A stretch of DNA of 51,428 nucleotides from Polyangiales bacterium (lineage in GTDB: Bacteria > Myxococcota_A > Polyangia > Polyangiales > Houyiibacteriaceae). The stretch's first letter is position 1; each line of letters begins with the position of its first letter. The stretch spans positions 1-51,428 of the forward strand of contig DASRZF010000105.1 of assembly GCA_035686645.1 (NCBI GenBank), read 5' to 3'. The notes under the pieces are model-generated. The model searched no databases. It was given only the letters and a program-made list of their open reading frames with translations, and was not told the DNA's origin. Both the position numbers and the translations under genes were made by a program. Below, one piece after another: positions 9,622-20,100 of the stretch.

Positions 9622-11310
9622 CTCGAATACGCCGATCGTCACTGCGGCTCCGAGTAGCAGTCCGACCCAGGGCCCGTACCATCCGGCGGCGACCGGCAAC
9701 TCGGCGCAGAGCAGGCTGACGGCACCGATGAACAACGCATATGGCAGTTGCGTACGAACGTGGTCCATGTGATCGCAGCTCGTCGCCATCGAGCTGAGCA
9801 CCGTGGTGTCTGAGATCGGGGAGCAGTGGTCCCCCCAGACCGACCCCGCGAGGATCGACGATACGGTGCCCAAGAGGATGGTTTCGTTTCCAGGAGCAAT
9901 GCGGTGTGCAAGTGGAACGACCAGCGGAAAGAGAATCGCCATCGTGCCCCAGGATGTGCCTGTAGCGAAGCTGACCAAGGCCGCCAGAACGAAAACCGCC
10001 GCAGGAATCCAAGTCGGAGCGATCCAATCTCCGAAGACCGCAATCAGGAACGATGCGGTATCGAGGTCCCGGCAGACCGCACTGAGGGACCAGGCCAAGA
10101 CGAGGATCACGGCGGCGAAAAGCATCGAACGCATCCCGGACATCCAAGCCTCGATCGATTCCCCGAAGCTGAGCGCGCGGGTTCCCACGGAGAGAGCCAA
10201 AGCCGAAAGGCACCCTGCTCCAGTCGCCCAGAGGATGGCCGCGCTCGAGCTTGCTTCGCCGACGATCGCGCGAAGGCTCGGCTCGAGACCCGCCGACAGA
10301 ACCTTCGCACGGCCGTCTACGAAGATCCCGAGGGCAGCCACCAGGACGAGCACCAGAACCGGGATCAGCGCATTCATGGGTCGACCTGGAACCTCATCGG
10401 GCACCAACTCTTCATGAAAGTCCGAAGCTGGCTGAGCGCCAGGTCGGAGAACCGATCCGCTTTCGAGGGCGCGGCGTTCTGCCCGCAACATCGGCCCGAA
10501 GTCGCGCCCGCGCAAACCGATCCAGGCGACGAATAACAACATGAGAATGGGATAGAACCGAAACGGAATCGTTTCGATGAACGTGACGTACGCATCACGC
10601 TCGATGCCGAGTTGCGTGAGTTGCTCGCCGATGTACCCGACCTCCACACCGATCCAGGACGAGATCAGCGCCAAGCTCGCCACGGGCGCGGCCGTGGCAT
10701 CGACGAGGAACGCGAGCTTCTCGCGACTGATGCGAAGGCGATCGGTCACCGGTCGCATCGATGAGCCGATCAACAACGAGTTGGCGTAGTCATCGAAAAA
10801 GATCAACAGGCCGAGAAACCAGGTCGTCAATTGCGCGCGACGGCGACTCGTCGAATCGGTACCCACCCAGGATGCGAGCCCCTTCGCGCCACCACTTTGC
10901 GTCATCAAGCCGAGCATCCCCCCGAGCAGCAGGCTGAATACCAGTATCGACGCATGGCCTGGATCGGCAATCGCGTGGACGATGTAGGTGTCGAGCAGCC
11001 TAGCGAAAGAAGCGAGGGGTGCGAGATCCGAGAGTAGGAACGCTCCGAGCCAGACCCCGAGCACCAAGGCGACCAAAACATGACGAAACAGCAGGGCGAG
11101 AGCGATCGCGAGAAGAGGTGGCAGTATGGAGGTCCAAGCCGGAAGGGCAGATTCTCCACCTCCCGCAGCTACCTCCACGCTCGCGAGAGGTATAGTATTC
11201 GAGGAAGCGATCTGAATGAGCCGAGGATCGTCGCCGTCAGAGCTCGTAGCGCCGACTTTGGCGGCACCGAACCCAACGACAACCATCAGAACCAACAGGA
11301 CCGCTCGCAT
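9595..11310 (-). CDS. Na+/H+ antiporter NhaC-family transporter
   Basis: Multi-TM protein with ...LIFFDDYANSLLIGSSMRPVTDRLRISREKLAFLVDATAAPVASL... (NhaC C-terminal domain pattern). Start placed at ATG 11310 (MRAVLLVLMVVVGFG...). The first 79 codons of the track ORF look non-coding and overlap the divergent gene. Confidence 0.75.
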   Translation of the reverse strand: MRAVLLVLMVVVGFGAAKVGATSSDGDDPRLIQIASSNTIPLASVEVAAGGGESALPAWTSILPPLLAIALALLFRHVLVALVLGVWLGAFLLSDLAPLASFARLLDTYIVHAIADPGHASILVFSLLLGGMLGLMTQSGGAKGLASWVGTDSTSRRRAQLTTWFLGLLIFFDDYANSLLIGSSMRPVTDRLRISREKLAFLVDATAAPVASLALISSWIGVEVGYIGEQLTQLGIERDAYVTFIETIPFRFYPILMLLFVAWIGLRGRDFGPMLRAERRALESGSVLRPGAQPASDFHEELVPDEVPGRPMNALIPVLVLVLVAALGIFVDGRAKVLSAGLEPSLRAIVGEASSSAAILWATGAGCLSALALSVGTRALSFGESIEAWMSGMRSMLFAAVILVLAWSLSAVCRDLDTASFLIAVFGDWIAPTWIPAAVFVLAALVSFATGTSWGTMAILFPLVVPLAHRIAPGNETILLGTVSSILAGSVWGDHCSPISDTTVLSSMATSCDHMDHVRTQLPYALFIGAVSLLCAELPVAAGWYGPWVGLLLGAAVTIGVFELVSRPVSR

Positions 11311-11998
11311 GGACAGAGTCAGACATAGACAGGAACGCAGCCGCTGGTCAATTTTGACCCCTGCACTGGCGCTGCTCTTCGTCGCACTGGCTCCTTTGGC
11401 AGCGCCGACCCGCGCCCTGTCCAGCAACGATGAGCTCACGACGGAGGACAAAAAGCAATTGGCTGCTGGTGAGCTGGTCACGAAGCAAAAGCACGAGCAG
11501 CGAGGCGCATACAAGCTGATCGGCGGGCAAAGCTGGCAGATCATCAACGTCCCGGTCGATGTCGCATGGCAAGCAATTGCGGACCTGTCCGGTTACAAGA
11601 ATTTCATTCCGCTGGCGACTGAATCGGACGTCAAGCATCAGGCAGGCGAGGAGACCGACTTGGCGATTCGTCAGCAGTGGGGTCCCATCGACGTGCACTA
11701 CGTGCTTCAGGCTACCCTCGAGCCCGAGCGCCGCGCGATGGTTTTCCGCGTGGATCATTCCAAGGAACACGATATCCGAGCAGGCTGGGGTTTCATGCGC
11801 GTTCGCCCGTTCAAAGGAGATCGCACTCTGGTTTCGTTTGGGGCACTCGTGGACATCGGCGACGGGGTCTTCGTTTCGGTGATCCGGCCGGCGGTGCAAA
11901 AAGACCTCCTGCGAATTCCCTATTTCTTCAAGCGCCACCTGGAAGGCATCGACCCCAAGTCCGAAGCGGAGCTCCCGCGAAGAAACCAGAGCAACTAG
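11309..11998 (+). CDS. secreted SRPBCC/START-like (polyketide-cyclase-fold) protein
   Basis: ATG 11309, signal peptide RSRWSILTPALALLFVALAPLAAPTRALS, then VPVDVAWQAIADLSGYKNFIP... typical of SRPBCC ligand-binding domains. The function call is weak. Confidence 0.6.
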   Translation: MDRVRHRQERSRWSILTPALALLFVALAPLAAPTRALSSNDELTTEDKKQLAAGELVTKQKHEQRGAYKLIGGQSWQIINVPVDVAWQAIADLSGYKNFIPLATESDVKHQAGEETDLAIRQQWGPIDVHYVLQATLEPERRAMVFRVDHSKEHDIRAGWGFMRVRPFKGDRTLVSFGALVDIGDGVFVSVIRPAVQKDLLRIPYFFKRHLEGIDPKSEAELPRRNQSN

Positions 11999-13407
11999 AT
12001 CAGTTTCTTGATCCAGCTCAGCTTGCGGGCCGAGTACGGCGGAAACAAGAGCGCTGGTTCCCAAAGCGCCCGCTTCTTGAGGACCGCTCGTCTGTGGGAA
12101 AACGTTTCGAACGAATGACGTCCGTGGTAGGCGCCCATTCCGCTTTCCCCCACGCCTCCGAATGGAAGCTCGGGTACCCCGAAATGCAGCCAAACGTGAT
12201 TGATCGTGGTGCCACCCGAACTCGTGGCGCTGAGAACCCGGTCTTCGACCTGCGAGTCGCTGGTGAACAGATAGAGCGCTAGTGGCTTCTCGCCTCGATT
12301 GACGAAGGCAAGCGCCTCGTCGATGGCTTGGAAGGAAATCACCGGCAGAATGGGCCCGAAGATCTCCTCCTGCATCAGCGCATCATGTTCCTTTGCGTTT
12401 TTGACGATCGTCGGTGCGATGTAGAGGTCTGCCGGGTCCGATTCACCGCCTACGACGACGTCGGCGCCCTGGAGAAACCCAGTCAAGCGGGCGTGGTGCT
12501 CCCGGTCGATGATCCGGGCCAGGTCGGGGCTCTCGTGTGGCTCGTCGCCGTAGAACTCGCGTATCGCCGACACCATGCGATTGACGAGGGCATCGTGCAC
12601 TTGCTCGTGCACCAAGACGTAGTCGGGCGCGATACAAGTTTGCCCGGCATTGACGAACTTCCCGTACACGATCCGTCTTGCGGCCAGGTCCAGGTTCGCC
12701 GTCTCATCGACGACGCACGGGCTCTTGCCACCTAGCTCGAGTGTGACGGGCGTGAGGTTCTTGGCAGCCGCTTCCATGACGACGCGGCCGACCTTTGCAC
12801 TGCCGGTGAAGAAGATGTGGTCCCAGCGCTCTCGCAAGAGCGCGGTCGTCTCCCGCACGCCGCCCTCGATCACGCGTACGGCCCTGGGGTCCAAATACCT
12901 TGGAATCCATTGGGCAAGGAACGCCGAGACATTCGGGCAGAGCTCGGAGGGTTTCAGGACCACGCAGTTCCCGGCGGCGAGCGCGCCAACCAATGGCAGA
13001 CAGAGCAAGTGGAAGGGGTAGTTCCAGGCACCGATGATGAGCACCACACCGAGAGGTTCCCGCAGCACGAAGCTCCGCCCTGGCACTGCCACGAGCGAGG
13101 TGCGCACACGCTGCGGTTTCATCCAGGACGCGAGCTTCTTGCGGGTGAGGCGAAGCTCGGAAAGGATCATGCCGATCTCCGAAGTGAACGCCTCGAGTGC
13201 AGGCTTGCGTAGATCAGCGCGCAGAGCATCTAGGATGTCTTGCTCTCGCTCGATGAGGAGATGCTCGAGGGCGTCGAGCTGCGACAGGCGCCAGGACAGC
13301 GGCTTGCTCCGGCCCGAGTCGAAATGGGCTCGAAGCGCGCCCGAGGCTCCTGAGGCCTGGCGCTGCCGCTGGCTAGAAGAGGTCGAAACTGCGCTTGTTT
13401 GAGGCAT
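11995..13407 (-). CDS. aldehyde dehydrogenase, class-3/fatty-aldehyde type
   Basis: ...FTGSAKVGRVVMEAAAKNLTPVTLELGGKSPCVV... and ...GQTCIAPDYV... contain the catalytic Glu and Cys motifs. AGGAG lies 8 nt before the ATG. Confidence 0.9.
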   Translation of the reverse strand: MPQTSAVSTSSSQRQRQASGASGALRAHFDSGRSKPLSWRLSQLDALEHLLIEREQDILDALRADLRKPALEAFTSEIGMILSELRLTRKKLASWMKPQRVRTSLVAVPGRSFVLREPLGVVLIIGAWNYPFHLLCLPLVGALAAGNCVVLKPSELCPNVSAFLAQWIPRYLDPRAVRVIEGGVRETTALLRERWDHIFFTGSAKVGRVVMEAAAKNLTPVTLELGGKSPCVVDETANLDLAARRIVYGKFVNAGQTCIAPDYVLVHEQVHDALVNRMVSAIREFYGDEPHESPDLARIIDREHHARLTGFLQGADVVVGGESDPADLYIAPTIVKNAKEHDALMQEEIFGPILPVISFQAIDEALAFVNRGEKPLALYLFTSDSQVEDRVLSATSSGGTTINHVWLHFGVPELPFGGVGESGMGAYHGRHSFETFSHRRAVLKKRALWEPALLFPPYSARKLSWIKKLI

Positions 13408-13634
13408 CGGCGGCGCTCCTATGAGGCATGGCCTGAGAAATTATCCTGTAATTTTCGATAGTTACTGGGCATGTGAAACAATTCCGAAACAGCTCCGATC
13501 TCTGTATACTCGTCCGACGGGATTCGTTTTGCCCTACGGAGGCCCTGATGCACAGCAGCGAACGTACTTGGAAACCTAACGCGAAACCTGCTCCTTGGTG
13601 GGCGCATATTCTACGTTGGTGGCTGTAGCGCAGG

Positions 13635-14558
13635 CTAGGCAGCGAGACTGAGCTTCTTCGCCGGCTCGGCGCAGTCTTGGCTTGCTTCGACTTGACCTCG
13701 GTCCCGCCGACGTCCTTCTTCGAGGACATGCTCTGGGACCCCACGAATGTCCCAAACGAGACCCACCCAGCTCAGCATCTTGAGCACGTAATAGGTCACA
13801 TCGATCTCCCACCAGTAAAAGCCGTTACGGCACGATGACTGGTAGTGATGGTGGTTGTTGTGCCAGCCCTCTCCGAGGGTGAGCAGCGCGGTGACGATGT
13901 TGTTGCGGCTCTGGTCGGTGGTTTCGAATCGCCTCGTGCCCCAGACGTGGGTGAGCGAGTTGATCAGGAACGTGTTGTGCCAAAGCAGCACTGTGCTCCC
14001 GAAGAAACCTATGAAGAGCCCTGGCCAACCCGCGATGAGGAATGAAACGAGAGCGAGAGCCGCTGGAGGAACGGCCCAGTACTTGTTGAGCCAGCGAAGC
14101 TCCGGATACTTGGCGAAATCTCGGATCTTGTCCCAGCGGGTTTCTTCGGTGCCGTCGAAGATCCACCCTAGGTGTGCATAGACGAAACCGTTCTGCACCG
14201 GAGAGTGCACGTCTCCAGGTTGATCCGAAAGCTTGTGGTGCACACGGTGATGCGAAGCCCACCAGAGCACGCCTTTCTGAGAGCTGCTCTGTGCGAGCAC
14301 CGCAAGGAGAAACTGAAACGAGCGGCTTGTCTTATACGTGCGGTGGGAAAAGTACCGGTGGTAGCCGGCCGTGACACCCCAGAGGCGTACGAACAAGAGC
14401 ACGAAGCAGAGAACCAGCGCCTGCCAGGTCACACCCGACCAGAACGCGCCGAGCACCGCAAGATGTGACAGCACGAAAATCGTCGCCCGCTGCCACTGCT
14501 CGACGCGGCTGAGCGAAACGTGCGGCGTCGCCGCCTCGAGAGCCCTGGTTTCCATCAC
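13635..14558 (-). CDS. acyl-CoA delta-9 fatty-acid desaturase (membrane, di-iron)
   Basis: Three His boxes: HRYFSH, HHRVHH and WHNNHHH. Four N-terminal TM segments. Confidence 0.9.
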   Translation of the reverse strand: MMETRALEAATPHVSLSRVEQWQRATIFVLSHLAVLGAFWSGVTWQALVLCFVLLFVRLWGVTAGYHRYFSHRTYKTSRSFQFLLAVLAQSSSQKGVLWWASHHRVHHKLSDQPGDVHSPVQNGFVYAHLGWIFDGTEETRWDKIRDFAKYPELRWLNKYWAVPPAALALVSFLIAGWPGLFIGFFGSTVLLWHNTFLINSLTHVWGTRRFETTDQSRNNIVTALLTLGEGWHNNHHHYQSSCRNGFYWWEIDVTYYVLKMLSWVGLVWDIRGVPEHVLEEGRRRDRGQVEASQDCAEPAKKLSLAA

Positions 14559-14646
14559 CGAAAACTATCGCGGGCACGCGGATTCCACCGTCACGGTTCC
14601 GCCCCATTTCGTCATAGTTTTGTAAAAAGTGGACGATCCGGTCTTC

Positions 14647-15360
14647 TCAGGCGACGAATTTGTAGCCCGCACCCCGCACTGAGAGGAAATGTACCGGGGA
14701 GCTCGGGTCCTGTTCAAAGCGTCGGCGCAGCCGTGAGATGAAGTTGTCGACGGTGCGGGTGTTGCCGTAGTTACGTAGTTTCCAGACTCTCTCGAGAAGC
14801 TCGGTTCGGCTCAGCACCCGACCAGCGTTCTCCGCAAAGTAACGAAGGAGGTCGAGCTCCAGTTGAGTGAGCTGAACCACGTCACCGGATACGGTGACTT
14901 CATGGGTGTCGAAGTTGATCTCTGCACCACCGAAGGAGAGCATGGTCGCCTTCGATTGAGTACCGCTAACCTGTTCCCATCGCTGCCGACGAAGCACCGA
15001 GCGCACTCTCGCGAGCAGCTCACCTAGCTCGAACGGTTTGACCATGTAGTCGTCTGCGCCTGCCTCGAGACCGAGAACTCGATCCTCTGGGGATGAGCGC
15101 GCCGTGAGCATGATCACGGGGACGAAATTTCCTGCTTCGCGGAACTTCTTGCAGAGCTCGAAGCCGTTGACATCTGGGAGCATGACATCGAGCACGATCG
15201 CGTCATAGCCGCTCGGATCGAGCAAGCGTTGCCCGGCCTCCTTGGCGTTCCCGGCAACGTCGACGCGATAGCCTTCGAGCTCCAGGTTGAGCTTGAGGCC
15301 CGCGGCCAAATGTTCTTCGTCCTCGACGATCAAGAGACGCTGCGCTTCGTTCCTGGTCAT
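14647..15360 (-). CDS. OmpR-family response regulator
   Basis: Receiver domain (LLIVEDEEH...DAIVLDVMLPDVNG...MLTAR...KPF) plus a winged-helix domain (LTQLELDLLRYFAENAGRVLSRTELLERVW). ATG 15360. The track ORF extension to 15801 is an Arg-rich alternative frame of the kinase gene. Confidence 0.9.
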   Translation of the reverse strand: MTRNEAQRLLIVEDEEHLAAGLKLNLELEGYRVDVAGNAKEAGQRLLDPSGYDAIVLDVMLPDVNGFELCKKFREAGNFVPVIMLTARSSPEDRVLGLEAGADDYMVKPFELGELLARVRSVLRRQRWEQVSGTQSKATMLSFGGAEINFDTHEVTVSGDVVQLTQLELDLLRYFAENAGRVLSRTELLERVWKLRNYGNTRTVDNFISRLRRRFEQDPSSPVHFLSVRGAGYKFVA

Positions 15361-16301
15361 GACGCGTTCACCGCGTGAGCAAGTGGCAGCTCTACGCGCA
15401 TGGTGGTGCCCTGCCCCCGCCCTTCGGAAAACGCGCGCACGTCTCCGCCGAGTTGCTTCACCAGCGCCCAAACGACGAAAAGCCCCAAGCCTGTACCCCG
15501 ACGCTCGCGCACCTCTTGCTCCTCGACGCGATAGAAGCGGTGAAAAACCCTTTTGAGGTTCTTCCGGTCGATTCCGATGCCGCCATCGCGCACCTCGAGC
15601 GCCATCTTCTTTTCCGAGTCCCTGCGCGCCACGACTCGCACATGCGCCGGTCGCGCCGAGTACTTCACCGCGTTGTCGATGAGGTTCTTCACGACGATTT
15701 CGAGCGCCGCGCGGTCGGTCGTCACGATGAGCGCCGGGTCGACGTCGATCTGAACTTCTTCGGGATCTAACCTGTGCCGCGCGCGAACGACCTCGGCACA
15801 TTGTTCCGTCAGTTGGTGGAGGGACACATCGCTGAGATTCATCATGCCTTGCCGCGCATACGACAGACGGTTGGCTTCGAGCACATCGTCGATGAAGGCG
15901 CGAAGGCGATCGACGTCTTCGAGCATCATGTGTCGCAGTTTTTCGCGGGCCTCATCCTCCAGCCCTTCCCGTCCGAGAGTCTCCAAGCAGAGCTGCAAGG
16001 ATGCGAGCGGGCTCTTCAACTCATGTGTGACTGAGTCGATGAAAGTGTCCTGTTTTCGGACCTCGATGATTCCGCGGGCGAGTGAAATCACGAACAAGAC
16101 CAGAACGACGATGATCAGAACGAACGAGAGCGCACCTAGGACGAGGAGCCAGACGTCCCCCGCGACGTCTGCTGAGCGGGTGATCTTCTGACCGAGAAGA
16201 AACGACCATCCCACCAGCAGCGCCATGCTCAGCAAAACGGTGATCGCGCCCAAAGTGATGGGGATCGAAAGGGAAGAGCGAAATCTGCGACGACGTGCCA
16301 T
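15357..16301 (-). CDS. sensor histidine kinase, intramembrane-sensing type (two TM helices, about 13-aa loop, no sensor domain)
   Basis: H box SVTHELKSPLASL, N box NLIDNAVKY, G boxes RDGGIGI and GTGLGL. Its stop overlaps the regulator's start codon (ATGA). Confidence 0.9.
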   Translation of the reverse strand: MARRRRFRSSLSIPITLGAITVLLSMALLVGWSFLLGQKITRSADVAGDVWLLVLGALSFVLIIVVLVLFVISLARGIIEVRKQDTFIDSVTHELKSPLASLQLCLETLGREGLEDEAREKLRHMMLEDVDRLRAFIDDVLEANRLSYARQGMMNLSDVSLHQLTEQCAEVVRARHRLDPEEVQIDVDPALIVTTDRAALEIVVKNLIDNAVKYSARPAHVRVVARRDSEKKMALEVRDGGIGIDRKNLKRVFHRFYRVEEQEVRERRGTGLGLFVVWALVKQLGGDVRAFSEGRGQGTTMRVELPLAHAVNAS

Positions 16302-16319
16302 CAGCTCACCCGAAACTCT

Positions 16320-17087
16320 TCACTTTCCTCGCAGCAAACGCCATAGGTTGTCTGTCTGCCATTGCTGTGCCGCCGAATGATACTCGAAGCTACGCTCTCG
16401 CTTTCGAAACGCCCGGGTATGGTAGTGCCGCCGGCCGTTTTGGACGACTGCGGGCATGTCGTGGTGGAGCATCTCGTGGAACACGACGGCTTCGACGAAA
16501 AAACCAGGGACCCAGCTCTGGTCGAGAACGGGATGAATTCGGATCAATCGTTCCTCGGGCAGGTACGTTCCGAGTTGCAGGGACCGCTGTCGACGCTTTG
16601 GTTGGACGCGTTTGCCCCAGGTGATGCGGACATCGAGGGCAGATCCCAAATGTCGGCGGGCCAAGTCGTCGGCGATCGCGCGCAAGTCATGATGGCGCCC
16701 TGCAGACCTCAAAGTGTCCTGAGGTGGCCCCGGAGCCACGAACCGCAAGCGGTTGTCTTCGACGAAACGGTCGATCGCGCTTGCGGCCTGGGAATCACTG
16801 TCGCTCAAGTAGTCACCCACGGCGGCCAAAATGTCCTCTTCGGCCGTGAGGAACATGTGGTGGATGCGGACTTCGAGCCTTCCGCCTTTCGAACGAGCGG
16901 TGAGCATGGTGCTTCGATTGTCGGTCACGACGAGACGAATTGGCTGCCCCACCCGCGCTGCGAGCGCGCGGCTCCAGTCGGATGCGCGGGCATACGCTCG
17001 GTCGAGCTCGTCCTCGCGGCGCTCGGGGACGCCACGCTCCGCGATCGTCGGCGATGCGCCGGCAAACTCGAAGGAAAGTTGAAGCAC
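16320..17087 (-). CDS. HExxH zinc-metallopeptidase-fold protein (SprT-like / DUF45 YgjP-like)
   Basis: C-terminal FFVEAVVFHEMLHHDMP....HYHTRAFRKRERSFEYHSAAQQW matches the SprT/YgjP pattern of HExxH followed by H..eF. The N-terminal 170 aa are unassigned. Confidence 0.65.
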   Translation of the reverse strand: MLQLSFEFAGASPTIAERGVPERREDELDRAYARASDWSRALAARVGQPIRLVVTDNRSTMLTARSKGGRLEVRIHHMFLTAEEDILAAVGDYLSDSDSQAASAIDRFVEDNRLRFVAPGPPQDTLRSAGRHHDLRAIADDLARRHLGSALDVRITWGKRVQPKRRQRSLQLGTYLPEERLIRIHPVLDQSWVPGFFVEAVVFHEMLHHDMPAVVQNGRRHYHTRAFRKRERSFEYHSAAQQWQTDNLWRLLRGK

Positions 17088-17167
17088 GCCATCTGGGGCT
17101 AGATGTTTGCGGCATCCTTGTCAACCGTGCTTTCGGAGTGGCGATCCGCAGGCTAGAATCTTCGAGG

Positions 17168-20100
17168 ATGCGTGCTGCCAATCGGGATCGCCTCGAAGGC
17201 CTGACAGTCTTGCACCGGCTGCCGAGCTCCGAGCAGCGGGCGGCTGCCTGGCGTCAGGGTATCGCCACTCTCGCGCGAGCGGTGGTCGACGAGCGCCGGC
17301 CGGTGCCCCTCGAAGGACTCGACCCGAACGCTCTGCTGCAGAGTTTGGAAGTCGCCGACACGGAGGGCCTGGTCGAGCAACTCGATTGGATTTCGGGGCC
17401 AGCTGCAGCGGCTGCGCTCTACGAGGTCGCAGCTGCCCTTCCCTCGAGCGAGATCAAGCGCAAGCTAGGCCGAATGGTTCTGCAGCGTCTACGTAAAGGC
17501 GATGCGGCGACGTTCGTGTCCGTAGCAACACAGCTGGCCCTCGGATCCCAACGGGCGCTCACTGGAAAATCGATTCGCGCACGCGTTGCCCTCGCGCTGA
17601 GCCTTCCGATCGGAACGGTCAACAATGTCGACGCCCTCGCTCTAGCGCTCATCTCGCGACAGGACACGAGTCGCGACTGGCTGCGCACGCCGGCAACCGG
17701 ATCCCTTCCTTCCCGACGTCTCGCTGCTCGCTTGCTCGAGCGTGCAGCGCGCGAAGCCGCCCGCCGAGCAGCGGAGGGTGACGATACTGGCGTGCGCGTC
17801 TTCTGCACGGAGGCGGTCCGGGAGCCCTGGGGCCGCCTGCTGGGAGATCGAGAAAACTTGGTGTGGCGGCATGTTGCCTCGGCCAGGGGCTTGCTTGCTT
17901 CGTCCATGCCTATCTTCCGCGAAGAGATGCAGCGGCATCTCAACCCTGAATTTACCATCACGGAATGGCGACGCGCGGCCACATCCCTGGCCGCCAGCAT
18001 CGCGGTCGAGCCCGACGAAGGGCTGCGAGCGTGCCGAGCCCTTCTCGAATCGGTGGTCTTTCAACAGGACCATGGCATCGCGGCCGCCATGATATCGGGT
18101 CTTCCGCGAGCCGCGGAAAGCCACCCCGTTGCCGTCGAAGCCTTGCTCGAGCAACTGGTTCGAGTGGGTGGGCTCGACGTGGCCGAGGCTCTGGTCGAGC
18201 TCCGCCGCGAGCAAGTCCATCCGGGATTCGCAGAGGAGGCGGCAAGGAAGGCCGAGACGCATCTGCGCAAGGCCATTGCACAAGGCGGCAACGAGGATCT
18301 TGGGCGCACGGCACTCATGAAGTCCCTCGCCGACGAGCTCCATGGAGCGCGCCGCTCCAGCGAACCGGCGCTTCGCGACATGCTCTCTCAGGCACTGCAG
18401 ACTTTCGCCAACCAAGGCGCGTACGAAGCCGCTCGAGAAGCGCCGTCCATCCTCGAAGCTGCAGGCCGGAAGGCGAAGCTTCTCGAGAAGCCGACGGCGG
18501 GTGACCCCTCGAGCAGCATCGACTCGTTTCTCGCGCTGCGCGAGCTGGACTCGGCCCTCTTCGAGACCTCTGCGTTGAACGACCTTCTGCTCGTCGGTGA
18601 GGATGACGCTGGGAGTGCCATTCACGATGAGCGGCTCGGCGACCTATTCCAAAAAGTCACCAATTGGCTGATCATCCGGGAGGGCGATCCCCTTCAAGAG
18701 GGAGCTCAGGTCCCACAATTCACGACCCGTCTGCGTCAGCTGCGAACGATGCTGCATCTCGTCGATGCGGACGGACCGAGCGTGGATTCACGAAGAGACC
18801 TCGTTCGGCAACGACGCCTGCTCACGCAACGCGTCCTGCTCAATCGAGTCCGGCACGATCCGAAGAGCTCGCTTCGACGAACGTTGTGCGCGGCGACGGC
18901 GCGAGCCTGTGACGCCTTGGTACGCGAGGACATTGCCGACGTGTCGGACGTCGTCATAGCGGCCGCCGGAAACGTTCCTGATCTGGACGACCTCAAAACC
19001 ATGGCGGAAGCCTCGATGGTCCCCGAGGTCGAGAGCGCGCTCCGTGCGTATGCGAAGCTTCAGCAGGCGAGCCGCACGGCCCAACGAGACCGCCAGGGAC
19101 TGATGGCAGCGACCGATGCGTTGAAAGCGATCGGCAATGACCTTCCGGTCGCTCGTTCCGCCCATATCGAGGCATTTCGTCGATCGCTTTCGCTCCTAGC
19201 GAGCGGACTTCGTTCCGCAGCGGCTTCGAGCTCGCTCGCCGAAGTGGCGGAGCGCTCCTCGGGGACGCCACTTTCGAAGCTCGAACGAGGTGTTGCAACG
19301 ATGGCGCAACTGGTCAGCGGCTCTCGACGGCGGCTTGGAGCATCGGTCGGCGATGCGTTCCCGTCATCTGCGGAGGCTGTCTGGGCGATGGGCCTCGAGC
19401 TGGAGCGAGCCCTCCGAGCATCGATGTCCGAGCTCGACCAGGCCTCGTCAGACGCGGTCAGCGCGACAGCCCGTGATCTTCCGGGAGCATTCGGCGAGAT
19501 TACGGGTGCGGTCCTAAGACACCTCGGCGCCCTGCCCTTGGATGGCCCGCGTCGCGCACCGAGCATTGCGCCGCTGGAGCTCGATGCTGACGCATCACTG
19601 CCGGCCTGGGCGCCGCCGAGCCGAATCATAGGGGGGTTCCATCTGGTGCGGACCGTCGGCACTGGCGCCGTGGGGTCGGTGTTCGTTGCCCGGCGAGTTG
19701 AAGAAGGACAGGACGACAGCGCGCCCGTGTTCGCCCTGAAAGTGCCCGACTATTCCGCAGCCGCCGCTCGTACTCTTTCTGAGGACGAATTTCTTCGGCT
19801 CTTCCGCGAGGAAGCCGGGGCACTCCTGGCGCTGCCGGAACATCCCAACATCGCACGTTTCGTCACGTTCGATGCTGGCGCCCGACCCAAGCCGATCTTG
19901 GTGATGGAGTTGGTCGAAGGACCGAGCCTGGAGCGCATGCTCGAGATGGGCGACCTTTCGCTCGGCCGCGCGCGAGAGCTCCTGCTGGGCGTAGGCGCCG
20001 GCCTCGATGCGATGCATCAAGTCGGGGTCGCCCACCTGGACGTCAAACCCTCGAATATCATCGTGCGCAATGCCAACGCGATCACCGGCGTGGGTCAGCC

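Noticed and set aside
16362-17102. Long antisense or alternative-frame ORFs inside well-supported genes. Examples: 16362..17102(+), 17642..18625(-), 21515..22300(+), 22395..23360(-), 24320..25072(-), 45018..45809(-), 19595..20326(-), 39728..40618(-)
   Set aside because: These are typical GC-rich shadow ORFs: Arg/Pro/Gly/His-rich, no recognisable motifs, and each fully overlaps a gene with strong family signatures on the other strand or frame.
17088-17167. TAGAAT at 17152-17157 as a -10 element for the giant kinase gene
   Set aside because: The -35 region is poor (TTTCGG), and the implied transcript would be nearly leaderless. The evidence is insufficient.
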